Source of the DNA: Acidimicrobiales bacterium
GTDB taxonomy: Bacteria > Actinomycetota > Acidimicrobiia > Acidimicrobiales > RAAP-2
Direction of reading: 5' to 3'
Length of the DNA: 41,841 nucleotides
Assembly: GCA_036745995.1 (NCBI GenBank)
Contig: DAIOEY010000001.1
Span: 1 to 41,841 of the forward strand
In this document: positions 37,311-41,841 of the stretch, in pieces
How positions within the stretch are numbered: position 1 is the stretch's first letter
Layout of the letters: every line of letters begins with the position of its first letter
The notes under the pieces: generated by a model
Database searches by the model: none
What the model saw: only the letters and a program-made list of their open reading frames with translations
What the model was told of the DNA's origin: nothing
Made by a program: the position numbers and the translations under genes

Positions 37311-37465
37311 TGAGTGCTCCATGAGCACAAAGGCTACCCAAGGCGCGCACCACCCGTCTCGCCCGAGCGCGTGGTGCAACTTCGCGGCGTCGAATCAACA
37401 AGGATCACTACCGTTACCCGTAAGTAGGAATTCGCGTGGCGATCACGCGCGGCGACGGCGCTGAC

Positions 37466-37879
37466 CTACGCGGGCTCCTCGACCAGTTCGATCAACGTGC
37501 CGAACGACGTCGCGGGATGCACGAACGCGACGGTCGTTCCGCGCGAGCCGGGCCTCGGTGCCTGATCGATCACCCGTCCTCCCGCGGCCTTCACCGCCTC
37601 GAGCGCCACGCCACAGTCCGCCACGCGGTAACCCACGTGGTGCAGGCCCTCACCTCGCTTGGCCAGGTACTTGGCGACCGGTGAATCGTCCCTCGTGGGT
37701 GTCAGCAACTGGATGTAGGAGTCCGCGACACGCAACAGTGCTTCGGCGACACCGTCGGATTCGACGACCTCGCGGTGTTCTACGGTCGCCCCGAACACCT
37801 TCTCGTACCACGCAATCGCGGCGTCGAGATCGTTCACCGCGATCGCCACGTGATCAATTTCAGTGAACAGCGATTCCAC
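37466..37879 (-). CDS. mce: Methylmalonyl-/ethylmalonyl-CoA epimerase (VOC family)
   Basis: IDHVAIAV, GEGLHHVGYRV, AFVHP, GTLIELVE; GTG after AAGGAG (alternative start 37885). Confidence 0.9.
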   Translation of the reverse strand: MESLFTEIDHVAIAVNDLDAAIAWYEKVFGATVEHREVVESDGVAEALLRVADSYIQLLTPTRDDSPVAKYLAKRGEGLHHVGYRVADCGVALEAVKAAGGRVIDQAPRPGSRGTTVAFVHPATSFGTLIELVEEPA

Positions 37880-37881
37880 GC

Positions 37882-39225
37882 TCACTCCTTGTCGTGACGA
37901 CGATAGATCGAAAGCCGGCGCTCGCCCACCTGGGCGCGCAGCGCGTGGTTGGAGATACCCAGGCCCTCGCTCGGCGCCGCGCACAACACGGCGATCTTTC
38001 CCTCGTGACGGTTGTGGTGCAGCTCGTTCGTGGCTTCGCCGACCTCGTCGAGGGGGAACACGGCGGACAGCGGCGGTACGACCTTGCCGTCGATGATCGT
38101 CTGATTGGCCGACCACGCTTCGCGGTAATTCGAGAAGTGCGAGCCCTTGATGGTCTTCAACTTCATCCACAGGTGACGGTTGTCGTACTCGATCATGTAG
38201 CCGCTCGTCGCCGCGCACGTGACGATCGTGCCGCCACGCTTGGCGACGAAGACGCTCGCCCCCATTGTCGAGCGGCCGGGGTGTTCGAAGACGATGTCGG
38301 GGTCGTCGCCGACGAGCGCGCGGATGTCCTTACCGAGTCGGCGCCATTCGGACTCGTCCTGGGTGTGCTCGTCCTTCCAGAACTGGTAATTCCTCTCACG
38401 ACGGTCAATCACGTGCTCACAGCCCAGCTCACGCAGGGTCTCGACCTTGTTGGCACTCGACACCACGCCGATCGGTGTGCCGCCGGAGTTCAGCACGTGC
38501 TGCACGGCGAAGGATCCAATGCCGCCCGACGCCCCCCAGATGAGGACCTTGTCGCCCTGGGTGACCGGAGCGCCGTGACGCGAGACGAGCATCCGATACG
38601 CCGTTGAGTTGCACAGCGCGTTGACGGCCGCCTCCTCCCACGTCAGGTGCGTGGGCTTGGGCATGAGTTGGTTGGCCTTGACGACCGAGATGTCGGCCAG
38701 TCCCCCGAAGTTTGTCTCGAAGCCCCAGATGCGCTGGTTGTTCCCCATCATCGAGTCGTCGTGACCGGAGGGGTCCTGGTCGTCGACGTAGTTGCAGTGC
38801 ACCGTGACCTCGTCACCGATCTTCCAGTTGCGAACGGCCGAGCCGGTGCGCACGACGACGCCCGCGGCGTCCGAGCCGACCACGTGGTAGTCAAGTGCGT
38901 GTCGTCGTCCCCAGTAGGACTCCTTGGCCAGCCGGTCGAGGAAACCGAACGTCGGCAGCGGCTCGAAGATGCTCGTCCACACGGTGTTGAAGTTGATCGA
39001 CGAGGCCATCACGACGATGAAGACCTCGTCGGGCGCCATCTCGGGAAGGGGAACGTCGTCCACGTGCAGACTGCGTCGCGGGTCCTTGTCGCGGCTCTCC
39101 ATCGCGTCGAACATGTTCTGTTCGTCGCGGCGAACGAAGACCGCGCGGGTCATCGCCGGCATCGGCGTCGCCGCCAGCGTCTCGCCCGACGCGCCGGCTC
39201 GTACCGCGTCAAGAATCTCACTCAT
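37882..39225 (-). CDS. ccr: Crotonyl-CoA carboxylase/reductase
   Basis: SSINFNTVW, YHVVGSD, IWGFETNFGG, IWGASGG, FEHPG, GSHF. Confidence 0.94.
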   Translation of the reverse strand: MSEILDAVRAGASGETLAATPMPAMTRAVFVRRDEQNMFDAMESRDKDPRRSLHVDDVPLPEMAPDEVFIVVMASSINFNTVWTSIFEPLPTFGFLDRLAKESYWGRRHALDYHVVGSDAAGVVVRTGSAVRNWKIGDEVTVHCNYVDDQDPSGHDDSMMGNNQRIWGFETNFGGLADISVVKANQLMPKPTHLTWEEAAVNALCNSTAYRMLVSRHGAPVTQGDKVLIWGASGGIGSFAVQHVLNSGGTPIGVVSSANKVETLRELGCEHVIDRRERNYQFWKDEHTQDESEWRRLGKDIRALVGDDPDIVFEHPGRSTMGASVFVAKRGGTIVTCAATSGYMIEYDNRHLWMKLKTIKGSHFSNYREAWSANQTIIDGKVVPPLSAVFPLDEVGEATNELHHNRHEGKIAVLCAAPSEGLGISNHALRAQVGERRLSIYRRHDKE

Positions 39226-39342
39226 CAGGGCGAGGCTAGTGGCCGGTCCACCCACCGCCCCCTGACACACGCTCTTCGAGCCCGAGAGCGAAGGGTCTAA
39301 CGTGATGAGAGGTCCGTATGGACGAACATTGAAGGAGTCACT

Positions 39343-40521
39343 ATGTCGCGCAGTGTCATCGTTGCTGGATCTCGAACCGCCATTGGCAAATTCTCGGGCG
39401 TCTTCGCGTCGCTCAGTGCCCAGGACCTCGGCGGCGCCGCGATCGCCGCTGTCTTGAAGTCAACTGGCGTCGATCCTGGCAGCATCGACGTTGTCCTGAT
39501 GGGCCAAGTTCTCCAAGCCGGTCAGGGCCAGATCACCGCACGTCAGGCCGCGGTGAAGGGCGGGGTGCCCATGACCGTGAACGCCACCACCATCAACAAG
39601 GTCTGTCTCTCGGGGCTGCAGACGATCTACCTCGCCGACCTCATGATCCGCGCCGGTGAGGCCGAGATCATCATCGCTGGCGGCATGGAGTCGATGACCA
39701 ACGCCCCCTACCTGCTGCCCGGGGCACGCGCCGGTTTCCGGATCGGCGACCAGAAGGTGGTCGACTCGATGATGTTCGATGGGCTCACCTGCGCCTTCGA
39801 CCAGTGCGCGATGGGGCTCGCGACCGAGCGCTACAACGCCGGACGGATCACCCGCGCGCGCCAGGACGAGTTCTCCGCGCGCAGTCACCAACTGGCGGCG
39901 GCCGCGATCGCCGCGGGCAAGTTCGCCGACGAGATCGTGGGCGTCTCGGTCCCCCAGCGAAAGGGCGATCCACTCTTGATCGACACCGACGAGGGCGTGC
40001 GTGGCGACACGACCGTCGAGTCACTGGCCGCGCTGAGGGGTGCCTTCGAAAAGGACGGCACGATCACCGCGGGCAACGCGTCGCAGATCTCCGACGGCGG
40101 CGCCGCGGTCCTGGTCATGTCGGCCGAACGGGCGGCCCAACTCGGACTGACGCCGATCGGTGAATTGGTGAGTTACGGCCAGGTCGCTGGTCCCGACGCG
40201 TCGCTCCTCAGCCAACCGTCGCGCGCCATCGCCCAGGCGGTCGCCAAGGCCGGTCTCGACGTGCACGGACTCGACGTGGTGGAGATCAACGAGGCGTTCG
40301 CGGCCGTGGGTCTCGCCTCAGCCGATGACCTCGGCCTCGACGAGAACAAGGTCAACGTGAACGGTGGCGCGATCGCGCTGGGTCATCCCGTTGGCATGTC
40401 GGGCACGCGTCTCGCGATAACGGTGCTCAACGAGCTTCGTCGTCGCGGTGGCGGCGTCGGGGCCGTGGCGCTCTGTGGTGGCGGCGGTCAGGGTGACGCC
40501 GCCATCTTTCGCACGCTCTAG
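39343..40521 (+). CDS. Acetyl-CoA C-acetyltransferase (thiolase)
   Basis: INKVCLSG, NEAFA, GGAIALGHP, LCGGGGQG; SD GAAGGAG. Confidence 0.93.
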   Translation: MSRSVIVAGSRTAIGKFSGVFASLSAQDLGGAAIAAVLKSTGVDPGSIDVVLMGQVLQAGQGQITARQAAVKGGVPMTVNATTINKVCLSGLQTIYLADLMIRAGEAEIIIAGGMESMTNAPYLLPGARAGFRIGDQKVVDSMMFDGLTCAFDQCAMGLATERYNAGRITRARQDEFSARSHQLAAAAIAAGKFADEIVGVSVPQRKGDPLLIDTDEGVRGDTTVESLAALRGAFEKDGTITAGNASQISDGGAAVLVMSAERAAQLGLTPIGELVSYGQVAGPDASLLSQPSRAIAQAVAKAGLDVHGLDVVEINEAFAAVGLASADDLGLDENKVNVNGGAIALGHPVGMSGTRLAITVLNELRRRGGGVGAVALCGGGGQGDAAIFRTL

Positions 40522-41033
40522 GACGGCAGATAGCTCGCGACGACTTCGTAGCGCCTCAGCCCGACGGGCCGGTCGTCGGGCAGGGCCAGAACGTACGCCG
40601 CACCCAGTCGGTAGTGGAACTTTCGCAGCGAGTGCGGAATCTCCTTGGAGAGCGTCAACATCAGTTCCAACACGGTCGGATTGTGCCCCACGACCAAGAG
40701 CGACGTGGTGACCGGATCGATCGCCGCCAGGTCGATGAGGAGGTCCTCGGGCGTCACCTCCCGTCGCCCGTTGTAGATCAACTCGCTGAAGTGCTTCTCC
40801 AGTACGAAGTCGGTCTTGGCGAACGCGCGGCGAAAGGTCTCCTTGGTTCTCTGCGCCGAGCTCACGAGAGCGGTCGTCGGTCCGAACCGCCCGAGGGCGT
40901 CAGGGTCGCTCGCCCACGCTCGCAGCTCCTCACACTGACGTCGTCCCCGGTCGCTGAGCCCCCGATCGAAGTCCGAGCCCCCGGGTGGCGCCGGTGTCGA
41001 TTCGCCGTGTCGGACGATGGTCAAGTACCGCAC
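40518..41033 (-). CDS. sixA: SixA-like histidine phosphatase
   Basis: IVRHGES, DFDRGLSDRG, SSAQRT, LVVGHNP. Confidence 0.8.
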   Translation of the reverse strand: MRYLTIVRHGESTPAPPGGSDFDRGLSDRGRRQCEELRAWASDPDALGRFGPTTALVSSAQRTKETFRRAFAKTDFVLEKHFSELIYNGRREVTPEDLLIDLAAIDPVTTSLLVVGHNPTVLELMLTLSKEIPHSLRKFHYRLGAAYVLALPDDRPVGLRRYEVVASYLPS

Positions 41034-41094
41034 GAAACCAGTCTGGCCGATGGCGGTGGCCCGCGGTGTCGACGGCGTGGTTTAGCGTTGGAGG

Positions 41095-41841
41095 ATGCTC
41101 GCGACTCTTACGTACTTCCAAGCGATCGTCATGGGGCTCCTGCAGGGCATCACCGAGCTCTTTCCGGTCTCGAGCCTCGGACACAGCGTCCTCGTTCCGG
41201 CACTGCTCGGCTGGCACAATCTGGTCAACAGCCAGTCCCAGACCGAGTCGTTCTTCCTCGCGTTCATCGTCGGTCTGCACGTCGGCACGGCCCTCGGTCT
41301 CATCGTCTACTACCGCTCGACGTGGGCGACACTGTTTCGCGGACTGGGAAAGCAGCTCCGCGCGACGCGCGAGAAGGGCCTTGCGTCGCTCTGGCAGCTC
41401 TCGGACCCGACGATGGACAAGAACTACCACCTGTTGTTCCTCCTGGCGATCGGCACCGTACCGGTCGGCATCGCGGGGGTCCTGCTCGAGCACAAGCTCC
41501 GGGTCCTCTTCGCCAAGCCCCTCGCCGCCGCCATCTTTCTCACCATCAACGGCGTGATCCTGCTGGTCGGCGAGCGGCTTCGTCGCACGCGGGGCCGTCA
41601 CGTCGCACGCCAGGGCCTCGAGACGGTGAGCGCCAAGAAGGCGTTCAGCATCGGCTCTTCGCAGATACTCGCACTCTTCGCCGGCATCTCGCGAAGTGGT
41701 ACCGCCATGGTGGCGGGACTGCTCGGCGGTCTCGACCACGAGGAGGCGGCCAACTACTCGTTCCTCTTGGCGACGCCGGTGATCCTGCTCGCGGGTCTCT
41801 ACAAGTTGCCCGACCTCATGGGCTCGCTCGGCGACGGCGTG
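41095..41841 (+). CDS. uppP: Undecaprenyl-diphosphate phosphatase (partial, runs off the window edge)
   Basis: Hand translation MLATLTYFQAIVMGLLQGITELFPVSSLGHS...LHVGT...GISRSG...YSFLLATP. Confidence 0.92.
   Translation, partial: MLATLTYFQAIVMGLLQGITELFPVSSLGHSVLVPALLGWHNLVNSQSQTESFFLAFIVGLHVGTALGLIVYYRSTWATLFRGLGKQLRATREKGLASLWQLSDPTMDKNYHLLFLLAIGTVPVGIAGVLLEHKLRVLFAKPLAAAIFLTINGVILLVGERLRRTRGRHVARQGLETVSAKKAFSIGSSQILALFAGISRSGTAMVAGLLGGLDHEEAANYSFLLATPVILLAGLYKLPDLMGSLGDGV

Noticed and set aside
37880..38218. 250-aa version of the epimerase
   Set aside because: The extension overlaps ccr in another frame; recognisable epimerase sequence starts only near 37879.

Overview
High-GC actinobacterial chromosome segment; the protein styles suggest class Acidimicrobiia (inference). 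Bases 1-19.1 kb are the core transcription/translation supercluster on the minus strand: tRNA-Thr/Met, rpmG, tRNA-Trp, secE-nusG-rplK-rplA, rplJ-rplL, rpoB-rpoC, rpsL-rpsG-fusA-tuf-rpsJ, rplC-rplD-rplW-rplB'. Bases 19.1-32.7 kb are tightly packed housekeeping genes: GNAT, MptB-like mannosyltransferase, tRNA-Tyr, yajQ, GtrA-like, tesB, DinB-like, gltA, a membrane-anchored hypothetical, rmuC, phoU, ask-asd, two tandem cyclophilins and a degenerate peptidase-S51-like protein. Bases 32.7-40.5 kb hold an ethylmalonyl-CoA pathway cluster (hbd, ecm/meaA, acyl-CoA carboxylase beta plus a small epsilon-like subunit, epimerase, ccr, thiolase), followed by sixA-like and a partial uppP. I see no mobile elements, CRISPR arrays or defence systems, and no clearly new multi-gene system. 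The best leads are regulatory: a split S10 operon with a terminator, promoter and ~180-nt four-hairpin leader between rpsJ and rplC; inverted repeats over four translation/transcription-gene promoters; a TTAC-N6-GTAA operator candidate; pervasive leaderless starts; and convergent genes that overlap at their stop codons. Protein-level leads are a probably NADPH-type Hbd, a catalytically dead S51 homolog and an acidic-tailed L10. All calls are by eye; no searches were run.
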